Below, in pieces: positions 9,324-19,541 of a DNA stretch of 28,780 nt. Origin of the DNA: Amoeboradix gromovi X-113. Taxonomy: Eukaryota > Fungi > Sanchytriomycota. A model generated the notes under the pieces. That model was not told the DNA's origin. It did no database searches and saw only the letters and a list, made by a program, of their open reading frames with translations. The stretch lies in the NCBI GenBank assembly GCA_018985225.1, contig JADGIF010000043.1:1-28780 (forward strand), read 5' to 3'. Every line of letters starts with the position of its first letter. Positions within the stretch are counted from its first letter, which is position 1. A program made the position numbers and the translations under genes.

Positions 9324-12300
9324 ATGCTAAAATTCAAAAGAATGTGTGGTATCGGAGCTATTTACAATCGAAATGGTATCAGCATTGACACTTGCCAACA
9401 AATGCTATTGCAGCTTAGTCATAGAGGTGCTCATGCAGACGGTAGCGGTATTTTAGTGGAAATTCCTTGGCATTTGTATCAAGATACTAAGAAATACAAG
9501 GCCGTTGCCCAGACGTTCATCAGTTCTGCGTCTGCTATCCCAAAAATCACCCAGCACTTTGAAAATTTAAATTTGAAGGTTCAAACTCGACAGGTTCCAA
9601 CTAACAATAATATTAAAAATCATCCTAATATTGTTCAATTCATTGTCAGTAGTAGCACTAAATTTAGTCCATATCTATTAAGAAATGAAATTGAATCAAA
9701 ATTCAATGATTGCTATGTTTGTTCCTTCCATGAAAAAACTATCGTATACAAAGCTCTATGTGCCCCTGCAGATCTTTTTTCATTCTATTGTGATTTCAAG
9801 ACAATAAAAACTCGATATGCAATTGTCCATGCACGTTTTAGTACCAATACCAATCCTCATTGGAATTTATGCCAACCTCTTCGTAACCTGGCCCACAACG
9901 GTGAGATAAACACACTGAGTGGTAACATTCGTAATATGAATACCAAGATGAGTCTATTAAAGTTGAACAATGAATTTGTACCTTTTTTACCCTTCCCTAA
10001 AAGTAGTGATTCTGCAGCATTTGACATGGTATTGGACTATTATCTTAACCAAACTGAATGGAGCCTTGAGGAACTTATGTTAATGATGGTACCGAAAGCT
10101 TGGGAACAACTGCCAGATTCTAACCTGAAGAACATGTATCATTACTTTGCCACTATTATGGAAGGATGGGAGGGTCCTGCGTCTTTGTTGAGTACAAATG
10201 GTGGAAAGCTAGTGTGCAGTGTTGATAAATGTGGCCTAAGGCCTTGCAGATACATGATCGCTTCAGATGGCACTATAGTACTTGGTAGTGAATTTATGGA
10301 TCTAAATGGTTTGAAGTTCATTGATCATCAACGAATAGCACCTGGTGAAATGATATCGATTGATATTGATACGGCATTGATTAACAGCTATCCATCCATT
10401 ACAAATGAAATTATCAATAAGTATCCATTTGGAAAATGGACAGAAACTAGCGATAATTTGACAATTTCATTAAATGACAGTGTGCATCAACATCATTCTG
10501 AAGATTTGCTAACCAACATTGATAATAACAGGATGCTTACAATATTCAATTACACTGATGAAGAAATTCAGATGATACTAAAACCTATGAACACCGGAAA
10601 AGAAGCTTTGGGTAGCATGGGAACAGACACCGCAATCGCATCGTTGTCTGCAAACCCTCGACTACTATTTGACTATTTCCACCAACTATTTGCACAAGTA
10701 AGTAATCCAGCCATCGATCCCATCAGAGAGTCAATAATGACAAGTTTATCGTGTCCCTTGGGCATTTTATCTGAAATGAATCCTAATAACAACAACAAAT
10801 GGATTACAGTAGATTCTCCGATTAAATCAACTGGCGAATTGAAAATCTTGTTGGATCACTATGTGCAGCTGTCTATCTGCAACATTCTCACAATTAAAAG
10901 TTTTTTGGATGCCAACGAATACGATATTAAGTCCTATTTAGATCACATCTCCAAGGTAGTAATAGATGGAAATTTCGACTTTATCCATATTAGTGACAAA
11001 TCTATAGAAAATAAGCACGTGCCTGTTCCGATACTTTTATTAACCAGTGCCATTGATATGGCATTAACGGATGCTGGGATACGCAGAAATACCATAGTCA
11101 TAGTATCTACCGCTGAAGCGAGGCAGGTCCATCACATGGCATGCTTACTGGCATATGGTGCTGACATTATTTGTCCTTGGTTTGCTCAGCAGCTAATCAT
11201 GAGCAAAGATAATTCTTGCGTTGATTCCATAAGCAATATGGCTAAAAATACATTTACTCCTAGTAGTTCTAGTAATATCCCGACCACCAGAAACTTGAGC
11301 GGTTATGTTAATCACTATTTTAGAGCTTTAAACAGTGGGCTTTTAAAGATATTTGCTAAAATGGGTATTAGTACTCTAAAATCATATAAAGGATCTCAAT
11401 TGATGGAAACTATAGGCTTTAGCGATGATTTAGCAATGTACTTTAAGTATACCACTAATACAATGACTGGCGTAACTTTGCGCAAAATTCAATCCGATTA
11501 CCTAAACTTTTACGATAACCGAACAGCAGGGATCGGCAGTCACTACCATTACAGATACAATGGTGAAGACCATGTTAATGATCCTTCTAGTATTGCATTT
11601 CTGCAGAAGTCAGTTCAAATAAACGATTTCAATGAATATTTAAAGTATTCCAGCAAAACTGACGCGATTTTGGACAAATGTACCATACGCGGATTGTTGA
11701 AGTACAAAAAGAGGGACCCTATCGATGTAAAATTAGTGGAGCCGTGGACTGAGATAGTTAAAAGATTTAACACGGGCGCAATGAGCTTTGGATCTATAAG
11801 TATCGAGGCGCATACTACACTTGCGAGAGCAATGAATACCATGGATACCAAGAGTAACAGCGGCGAGGGCGGTGAGCTGCCTAGTCGATTTAATACCTTA
11901 GAACAAAGCAAAATTAAACAAATTGCCAGCGGCAGATTTGGAGTTGATTCCTACTATCTGAGCACTGCTGACATGATTCAAATTAAGATTGCACAGGGTG
12001 CGAAACCAGGCCAAGGCGGAGAATTGCCAGGTAATAAGGTGGATGTGAACATAGCAATGACTCGTAAGACTATGCCAAACATAGGATTGATAAGTCCTAC
12101 AAATCAACATGACATATACTCCATTGAAGATCTTCAACAGCTCATATACGACCTCAAGTGCTGCAATCCTAATGCACTGATTAGCGTAAAACTAACCAGT
12201 CAAAAGAATATTGGAACTGTATGTAATGGAGTCGTCAAAGGCTTAGCTAACCACATAGTTATTAGCGGATATGACGGTGGAACAGGTGCAGCTAGCTGGA

Positions 12301-15140
12301 GCAGTATAAAGCAATGCGGTATACCCTTTGAGTTGGGATTAATTGATGCACATTCTGCACTGATCAACGCGGGATTGCGCAACAATGTTGTACTTCAGGT
12401 GGACGGCAACATAAGAACTGCTAATGACGTTATCAAGTCCTGTTTATTGGGTGCTCAAGAGTGGGGATTTAGCACTGTACCATTAATAGCAATTGGCTGC
12501 ATCATGATGCGCAAGTGTCATTTAAACACCTGCCCTGTAGGCATTGCTACCCAAGACCCGGTATTGAGATCCAAATTTAAGGGGCAACCTGAGCAAATCA
12601 TAAACTATTTTCATTTTCTAGCTGAAGAAATGAGAACCAAAATGGCAGAGTTGGGTTTTAGAACAGTGAGTGAAATGATAGGTCAATCCCATGTGTTAGA
12701 ACTAGCAGACGCGGGTTTGCAATTCGATAGTGAATTTAAAGACGAACCTGTCAGTGATATACTATTCGCGCCATCCGTTACATCATTTGATGCACAGCAT
12801 TTGGAATTGGTGAAAAATACCATTTCAAAGAATGAATCTGTTACCATTCACTCTAAAATACGCAACAGTGACCGATCTGTCGGTGCCTATTGGTCTTGGT
12901 TAATCAATCGTCAAGCGCATTCAAAGTTGTCTTTTACAGGAAACATTACATTAAACTGTAGCGGATACGCAGGTCAATCGTTTGGGGCTTTTCTAGAATC
13001 CAAAATAACTTTAGTCATAAATGGTGCGTGTAATGACTATGTTGGCAAAGGTTTGAGTGGCGGTTTAATAGTGGTACGCAGCAAAAATAGCAATAGTTTA
13101 ATCTGCGGCAATGTATGCCTGTATGGTGCAACTAAAGGATATTTGTTTGTTAACGGGCTTGTGGGAGAAAGATTTGCAATTAGAAATAGTGGTGCTAATA
13201 GTGTAGTTGAAGGGCTGAGCGACCATGGACTAGAATACATGACTGGTGGAACAGTAGTTTGCTTGGGTAAACTGGGTAATAACATTGCTAGCGGAATGAC
13301 TGGTGGTGTAGCATACTTATTGAAAGATAAACTAAAGCAGTCCATAAAAAATCAAGAACTAACCGCAAAAGACAGGCAAGAATTAAGCACTTTATTGAAC
13401 ATGCATGTGGAACACACCGGTAGCGAATTGGGAAAATATTATATAAATCATCTGGATGACTTTATCAAGCTGGATCCAAGTGGCAGCATTAGCAGGAATG
13501 TGAGTAGAAGTATCAGCAGTAGTAATGTGGCTCTGTCCAACAGTATTGATTCAGGAATAGCTGACATGGAAGACTTGAGAATCAGCTGTACAAGTGTTAA
13601 AGATGCGTTCAAAAGACCACTCACTAGGAAGAAAGTTGATAGTGCGATTACTAGTGTTGCTAGCAGTAATGTATCCGTGTCACCTGATCATTTGCCGTTC
13701 ATCAATATTCCGGTGCAACGTGATATTAAAGTAGATGCTAAACACCGCGTATTGAATTACAATGAGATTACTAGTAGATTGCCGTCTAACAAGGTATTGC
13801 AGCAAGCTAGCAGGTGTATGGACTGCGGCACTCCGTTTTGCCAATCAGATTATGGTTGTCCGATTGGTAATTTGATACCCCAATGGAACCAACATATAGC
13901 CAATAATGACTGGTATTCTGCGTACAAGTCATTGATTCTCACAAACAATTTTCCCGAGTTTACTGGGAGAGCCTGTCCAGCCCCATGTAGAGATGCATGT
14001 GTTCTGAACATAATCAGTGACCCAGTTAGCATAAAGAGTATAGAGTGCTCAATAATAGATAAGGCTTTTGAAATGAACTGGGTGCAACAAGATTCTAACA
14101 ATATCATCCAGAACAGAATAGTTAACAAATACAAGATAGGAATAGTAGGAAGCGGGCCTTGCGGTTTAGCAGCAGCTGATTTGTTAAACCAGCAAGGATA
14201 CACAGTGCATGTGCATGAAAGAAGCATGGAAGTTGGTGGCTTACTGATGTATGGAATACCTGAAATGAAGATTCAGTCCAGCGTGATAAATAGAAGAGTT
14301 GAATTGCTCAAGAAGCAGGGGATCAAATTCTTTTGCAATAGCCATATAACAGATTTGGAATCTTTCAAAGTTCAATTCGACGCCGTTATATTAGCAACAG
14401 GTGCATTGCTACCAAATTCATTACAGGATGTAGATGAAAACTGCACTGGTTTTTATTACGCAATGGATTATCTGACGCAATCACAAATGGCTCACAAGGG
14501 AATTCATGTCAGCGATCCTATAAACTGTGAGGGTAAGCACGTGATTATTGTAGGTGCAGGAGACACAGCGACTGACTGCTGTGCCACAGCGTACAGGCAA
14601 TTAGCTAAGAGTGTTGATATACTAGACATAAATCAGATTAAACCATCAAAACCAACAACTGTGTGGCCAGAACTAAGTAACGAGTTGAAACTAGATTATG
14701 GGCACGAAGAAGGGCTAGTAATACACCAAAAGGATCCTAGAATATATGGCAGACAACTGGACTCTGTAATATTGAATGAAAAAAAGGAGATTAAGAGCGT
14801 AATGATGTACAGAGTGGAATCCACAAAGAATCCTGATGGAAGCAGAAGTACAAAGAGATTACACAAAATACCAGAAGAGATACCTTGCGATATTCTGATA
14901 GCAGCGATAGGATTTAGAGGAACACACAAATTGGACAATATTGAAATGACTGCTAGACAGACAATTAAAACAGAAAACTACAAAACAAGTGATCCAAAGA
15001 TATTTGCAGCTGGAGATTGTAATAAAGGACAATCACTGATAGTGTGGGCAATCAGAGAAGGAAGAGAGGTTGCGCGACAAGTAGATTTGAGGTTCAATGG
15101 TGCATCTGAAATACCACTTATAGGAGGGATAGCCAAATGA
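9324..15140 (+). CDS. GLT1: NADH-dependent glutamate synthase (fused alpha+beta GOGAT)
   Basis: N-terminal CG Ntn motif, HARFSTNT, HNGEINT, FAQVSNPAIDPIRE, GAMSFGSIS, QIASGRFGV, GAKPG, 3Fe-4S CIMMRKCHLNTCPVG, GXGXG domain, beta-subunit RCMDCGTPFC...CP and GSGPCGLAAA. The start could be 9342. Confidence 0.97.
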   Translation: MLKFKRMCGIGAIYNRNGISIDTCQQMLLQLSHRGAHADGSGILVEIPWHLYQDTKKYKAVAQTFISSASAIPKITQHFENLNLKVQTRQVPTNNNIKNHPNIVQFIVSSSTKFSPYLLRNEIESKFNDCYVCSFHEKTIVYKALCAPADLFSFYCDFKTIKTRYAIVHARFSTNTNPHWNLCQPLRNLAHNGEINTLSGNIRNMNTKMSLLKLNNEFVPFLPFPKSSDSAAFDMVLDYYLNQTEWSLEELMLMMVPKAWEQLPDSNLKNMYHYFATIMEGWEGPASLLSTNGGKLVCSVDKCGLRPCRYMIASDGTIVLGSEFMDLNGLKFIDHQRIAPGEMISIDIDTALINSYPSITNEIINKYPFGKWTETSDNLTISLNDSVHQHHSEDLLTNIDNNRMLTIFNYTDEEIQMILKPMNTGKEALGSMGTDTAIASLSANPRLLFDYFHQLFAQVSNPAIDPIRESIMTSLSCPLGILSEMNPNNNNKWITVDSPIKSTGELKILLDHYVQLSICNILTIKSFLDANEYDIKSYLDHISKVVIDGNFDFIHISDKSIENKHVPVPILLLTSAIDMALTDAGIRRNTIVIVSTAEARQVHHMACLLAYGADIICPWFAQQLIMSKDNSCVDSISNMAKNTFTPSSSSNIPTTRNLSGYVNHYFRALNSGLLKIFAKMGISTLKSYKGSQLMETIGFSDDLAMYFKYTTNTMTGVTLRKIQSDYLNFYDNRTAGIGSHYHYRYNGEDHVNDPSSIAFLQKSVQINDFNEYLKYSSKTDAILDKCTIRGLLKYKKRDPIDVKLVEPWTEIVKRFNTGAMSFGSISIEAHTTLARAMNTMDTKSNSGEGGELPSRFNTLEQSKIKQIASGRFGVDSYYLSTADMIQIKIAQGAKPGQGGELPGNKVDVNIAMTRKTMPNIGLISPTNQHDIYSIEDLQQLIYDLKCCNPNALISVKLTSQKNIGTVCNGVVKGLANHIVISGYDGGTGAASWSSIKQCGIPFELGLIDAHSALINAGLRNNVVLQVDGNIRTANDVIKSCLLGAQEWGFSTVPLIAIGCIMMRKCHLNTCPVGIATQDPVLRSKFKGQPEQIINYFHFLAEEMRTKMAELGFRTVSEMIGQSHVLELADAGLQFDSEFKDEPVSDILFAPSVTSFDAQHLELVKNTISKNESVTIHSKIRNSDRSVGAYWSWLINRQAHSKLSFTGNITLNCSGYAGQSFGAFLESKITLVINGACNDYVGKGLSGGLIVVRSKNSNSLICGNVCLYGATKGYLFVNGLVGERFAIRNSGANSVVEGLSDHGLEYMTGGTVVCLGKLGNNIASGMTGGVAYLLKDKLKQSIKNQELTAKDRQELSTLLNMHVEHTGSELGKYYINHLDDFIKLDPSGSISRNVSRSISSSNVALSNSIDSGIADMEDLRISCTSVKDAFKRPLTRKKVDSAITSVASSNVSVSPDHLPFINIPVQRDIKVDAKHRVLNYNEITSRLPSNKVLQQASRCMDCGTPFCQSDYGCPIGNLIPQWNQHIANNDWYSAYKSLILTNNFPEFTGRACPAPCRDACVLNIISDPVSIKSIECSIIDKAFEMNWVQQDSNNIIQNRIVNKYKIGIVGSGPCGLAAADLLNQQGYTVHVHERSMEVGGLLMYGIPEMKIQSSVINRRVELLKKQGIKFFCNSHITDLESFKVQFDAVILATGALLPNSLQDVDENCTGFYYAMDYLTQSQMAHKGIHVSDPINCEGKHVIIVGAGDTATDCCATAYRQLAKSVDILDINQIKPSKPTTVWPELSNELKLDYGHEEGLVIHQKDPRIYGRQLDSVILNEKKEIKSVMMYRVESTKNPDGSRSTKRLHKIPEEIPCDILIAAIGFRGTHKLDNIEMTARQTIKTENYKTSDPKIFAAGDCNKGQSLIVWAIREGREVARQVDLRFNGASEIPLIGGIAK

Positions 15141-15607
15141 TAATGGGGATGACCAAAAACTATTTCAATGTTTTATTAGCCTAAAAAGGCACAGATATAA
15201 CTATGACGCTCCACATATTGTATCACCTATCCCCGTGGGATAACTCTTCACCGATCGTGTTTCTTGCCTGTATACTCTTTCAGCACTGCTAAGTATGATT
15301 TTCACGACTTGGGGTGTTGTTACATGGCATTCGTTCATATCTAGATAGACCACTATGTAATTGGGGTTACACCTGGTAAACCATCGGTGCGTCACTGTTG
15401 TGCTTCTAACTGCCATTACCATAATAAATAATTTTTCATCACTTGCTCTCGTTTTTTGTTGTCTTATTCTTTTTCTGTCATTCGTTTCATATTTAAGCCT
15501 GTCCTTCCATCACAAGTTATCTTCACATCAGATCAGCTTGTGTTGGGTGTCTAATGCTTATCATGCTTTAAGTCTAAGTAATTGTGTAACAAAGATTTTA
15601 AACAGAT

Positions 15608-16071
15608 GGGACATCAAATATAAAAACTGGACTAACTTTCTGTAACAACTTTGAACATTATTTCAGCTTTATTAATCTTATGGATTTAAGAGGCGAGTGG
15701 ACATTCAGCTAGTTGCGGAGTGGACGAGTATAAAAGGAAAATAAATGTTCTGTACAGCTATTCTCTTACTCTTTCATCCAATCTTTATTTCAAATAAAAT
15801 ATTACTATTACTCTGTAGAAACTAGAATAGATAAGAGTAATGATGTTAGTATAACATTACAAAATGACTCTAGAGAAGGGTACCGTCTAAGATAATGCAC
15901 CTTTTGCTTAGATGCTCAAAGACCTCATATCTAGTTTTATTTTGAAGAGGGGATTGAAAGTAATGAAAGAAAATTGGTATAATAGAGGAAGATCTTTTAT
16001 TAGTGATAGCATTTCCTCCGTAAGGAGCACCGTTAAAAACGAGTTAGTCTAGTTTTTATGTTTGGTGTCCC
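15608..16071 (-). mobile_element. MITE family M1, copy 2 (464 bp) with 4-bp TSD AGAT
   Basis: GGGACATCAAATATAAAAACTGGAC at 15608 and GTCTAGTTTTTATGTTTGGTGTCCC ending at 16071; AGAT at both 15604-15607 and 16072-16075; body is the reverse complement of copies 1 and 3. Confidence 0.92.
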
Positions 16072-16326
16072 AGATAAGTTTCCTTATAGATGGAGATAGG
16101 GTTATCCGATAACCCATATATGATCCAGTTCATGTTCTTCTTTATGTAGTCCCTCATATGAAAGCGCATATTCATGCAGCATCTTTAATTGCTCAGAAAT
16201 AACGCTTTATACATGTTACTTATAAATTTACTGAATTAGCATATTAACGCTTGACCAAATATGACGGGATCCGGGGTATTACCTGAACAGCCGTATTGAA
16301 CAGTTACCTTGGCAGAGTAGAGCAGC

Positions 16327-16332
16327 AAAAAA
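16327..16332 (-). terminator. Oligo(T) Pol III terminator of the 5S copy
   Basis: T6 run on the minus strand directly at the 3' end of helix I. Confidence 0.6.
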
Positions 16333-16420
16333 GCTACAGCACATGGGATTCCCACCCCGTCCTGCTTGACTTCTGAAATTTGACAGGATCAGGTATTTCC
16401 AGGTGTGTATGGCCGTAGCT
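16332..16420 (-). pseudogene. 5S rRNA pseudogene / internally deleted 5S copy (89 nt)
   Basis: Minus strand reads AGCTACGGCCATACACACCTGGAAATACCTGATCCTGTCAAATTTCAGAAGTCAAGCAGG-ACGGGGTGGGAATCCCATGTGCTGTAGCT followed by a T-run. Helix I pairs fully, but about 30 nt including the TTAGTAC loop E segment are missing. Confidence 0.85.
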
Positions 16421-17041
16421 GAAAGTTCTCTCGGTCCTGCCTCATGTTCCTGCTACTGCCCTTGGACATTATGTTCGGTGGCTCATGTATAGTCCGAAAT
16501 GAAATGTCCTGTTCCTCAAAAGATATTTGCAAAATAGTAAAAACTGTTTATTAGCTCAAGTCTCATGTTATTAGCCCATCTAAAGTATTAACTAGCTCAA
16601 ATTGTGGCAACTAAAAACAAGGAAATATTGATCCACAATCTTTCTCTCTGTCAACCGAGTCTTACGCTATTTCGTATCAGGCATTACCTTGAGATTTGCT
16701 TAGTTGTCGTTTTAGTCTTTTGCAATTGGGTCTTAGAGGCCGCTGCATAAGAGTACTTGGAGTTGTCTATCAAGATTTGTGCTATATGATTACTTTCTCA
16801 TATCATATAACAATATTTACTAGCCTGCTGTTCAACTTTGAGCAAGTTTAGATTATTAGAACATCTTCATTATCCCACCAAAGACTAATGTATAACATAC
16901 TCATTAGCATCCTAAACGTGTAGTTATCTGCTATTGCTAATTATTAATCTAGTTTCTATGTTAACTGAAAGAATCCAAGTATTCTACCTTTGAGGTTGCT
17001 GAATTTTTGAGTTTCTTTAGTTTTTAAATCAAGTCTCAATT

Positions 17042-17436
17042 GGGACACCAAATATAAAAACTAGACCAAGTCGTTTTTAAAGGAGGTGCTCCATAAGGAG
17101 GAAATACCATTATCAACAAAAGTCCTTTCATTAATGTCATTCACCTCTTTCTAATATATGAGGTCTTTGAGCGTCTAAGCAAAAGGTGCGTTATCTACTA
17201 CTTACCACTATTATCTTCTATTTTCCTCTTACTACCTTTAGTACAACTTATTTTTTGTTTTCTATTCTTGTTAATCATTGTTTCCAAGATTTTGATGGAT
17301 GAAAAGCTTTTATACTAAAATAATTTACTTGAACCAATATGAGTAATTTAATTAAATTTACTATCGGTTAATACACACTTGATATAATGATTCAAACTAT
17401 TTAGAAAGTAAGTCTAGTTTTTATATTTGATGTCTC
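17042..17436 (+). mobile_element. MITE family M1, copy 3 (395 bp) with 4-bp TSD AATT
   Basis: GGGACACCAAATATAAAAACTAGAC ... GTCTAGTTTTTATATTTGATGTCTC; AATT at both 17038-17041 and 17437-17440. Confidence 0.92.
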
Positions 17437-17470
17437 AATTGGTAAAATTTTATTTTGATGTCCCCTTCAA

Positions 17471-18223
17471 ATGCCTTTTGTTGAGCAAAAACATAAACGG
17501 CGTAAAATACCGTTCCCGTGGTTCAAGTTAATCAGTGCAATAACAGTTACGACATTTATTAGCTATATGTTGGTGTTTGTATATAAATTGTACTGGATGG
17601 TTAACAATGTACACTTTTGCAAAGATTGGAAAGATTATTCAATTTTTAGCATAACTTCTTTAGATTGTTTCCCTTGTCCACCAGGAGTTCATTGCGACCT
17701 AGATGATATATCTGGTTGTATTAATGGAGATGACATATATGTCGAGCACCCTTTATATTTCTTTAAAATTTCTCGCAAGATATTTGTGCCAGTTTGCGTC
17801 GAAAAACCACCTGAGCCTATCTCTTGGGAGTCACATGCTTATACAGTCTTGGCTTACGTAGTTGCAGCTACAGTATTGTTTGGTATTTATCAATATTATT
17901 TGTACAAGAAAAATACAAGAAAATTGATTCAGACTCTAGCAAAGCAATCTATACAAATGGTAAAGAAGCATGCTGCATTAGTTGATACCACACCAGACTT
18001 AGTGTTGCCCACAGGTATTGATGTGACTCATTTAAGGGATCATTTCTTGTTTCCAAAGTATAAACTGAAAAAGAGAATTGAAATATGGAATGACGTTTCT
18101 CAAATAGTTACCTCTAATTCCAACATAGCGGAGCAAAAAGTTATGTTTAAAAATGAATGGCATCTTGTCTGGAGTTACAGGAGCTCAATAAGTGATAATG
18201 AAATGAGCGACGTTGAAGAATAA
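17471..18223 (+). CDS. Inner nuclear membrane Man1/Src1/Heh-like protein (MSC domain only)
   Basis: TM1, luminal CFPCPPGVHC...C...YVEHPL...PVCV, TM2, then winged-helix-type VTHLRDHFL...IWNDVSQIVTSNSNI...VW. Confidence 0.8.
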   Translation: MPFVEQKHKRRKIPFPWFKLISAITVTTFISYMLVFVYKLYWMVNNVHFCKDWKDYSIFSITSLDCFPCPPGVHCDLDDISGCINGDDIYVEHPLYFFKISRKIFVPVCVEKPPEPISWESHAYTVLAYVVAATVLFGIYQYYLYKKNTRKLIQTLAKQSIQMVKKHAALVDTTPDLVLPTGIDVTHLRDHFLFPKYKLKKRIEIWNDVSQIVTSNSNIAEQKVMFKNEWHLVWSYRSSISDNEMSDVEE

Positions 18224-19541
18224 CCAATAAATTCTCTTTCAGTCACGTTAAGATTTTTAATCATAGAGCTGCTAATCCGGATAGGCAGACTTTTCAAAGC
18301 AATTATCTCAAGATGCTGACCCAATCAAGTTGAAAATGTTCCGTATCATATCAACTACGATCTAGGCCACAAACCATTACCGATTTCTTTTCTTTAGCAG
18401 TCATACCTTTCTATCACGAAGATTGCAGTTTGCTGAATTCATATATTTATTGACGACCACGTCATAGTAGGTTGACTAGCGTGTTCGGAGAGTAATGCTC
18501 TAATATTGCCATGATACCACGGATAGATACTTGTGACCATCTGTGGTGTCCTCGACAGCAATGCACAAAGTATTCTAGTTCCAAAGCCATGCCATAGTGT
18601 CGCAGTCTTTTTCTAACCAAGGCTATTGTCATCGGAAAGATATGACGATTCCTCTTTGATAAAGAGCATCCCTATTAGGATCACTATATATTACGCATGT
18701 TCTGGTCCTTATTGTGTGGAAGACGAAAGAATGCGGGCTCATCATAAGTCGTGTAACGGTTAGTTGTACAGGGATCGTGGTCCAGTCAGATGTTGAAAGG
18801 AGACGATTGGCGTCCTCTGTGGAGAAAGCTGTGGGAATAAATGGCTAACAGATCGTCAATCAAGAATCTATTTATTACGGGCTCTATCTACGATCACAAT
18901 GACAAGCTCAGCATCAGTTCATGTTTTACGGCCATTCTGTGCTTTATTGCCTCAGGCCAGTATAGTTGCAAAGCCCAGCCAAAGACTCGGATCCACTGGC
19001 AGTTGCGTCTCTCCTTGATTGCCTTGCCATTTGGTTTAAAACCAGTCGGACTGAAGTAGCAGGGGTTGCTTTAGTCAACAATAGTTATCCTGGCCATGCG
19101 AGGAGAATAGCATTCTGACTTTTATCTTCGCAGATGGCCCTAAATAGGCAGAGATGATATATGAGGTCGGCAATATAGATAAGTGGTAAGTGCAATTTGT
19201 CTCTTGCAGATGATCGATTATACTGCCGTGTCCAACAAAGGAGCGAGTAACGAAAACTAGATGATTTTCAGGATTATTAAAGGAATGGTCTAATGCTTGT
19301 CATCAGCGTTTGAATGCAGTTTAGGAGCGGTTGTTCACCTCTATTGCAGATGTCAAGGCAGAAACTACCTTCTTGAGGGAATCTATAACTAAAGTGGACA
19401 TTTCTACTGATAATTATGAGTTGTGTCTAAGCGTAAAACCTTGACATATCTTGTGTAATACCTTTTTTTCTGGGAATTAGGAAATCCAATCTCTTTTTCT
19501 CTCAACTCCTTTACTCCCCTCCCGTTTACTTTTCTGAAAGC

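Noticed and set aside
11615-14938. Several antisense ORFs within GLT1 (also those inside TOG, ABC, SF3B2 and ACAD8)
   Set aside because: Shadow ORFs of conserved genes with no independent motifs.
15201-15645. Overlapping short ORFs (73 and 94 aa) as genes or a transposase
   Set aside because: No recognisable domain. One runs into a MITE TIR, and the extended minus frame is interrupted by stops.
16231-16248. Possible 18-nt minus-strand intron GTTAATATGCTAATTCAG
   Set aside because: Non-matching donor and no flanking ORF.
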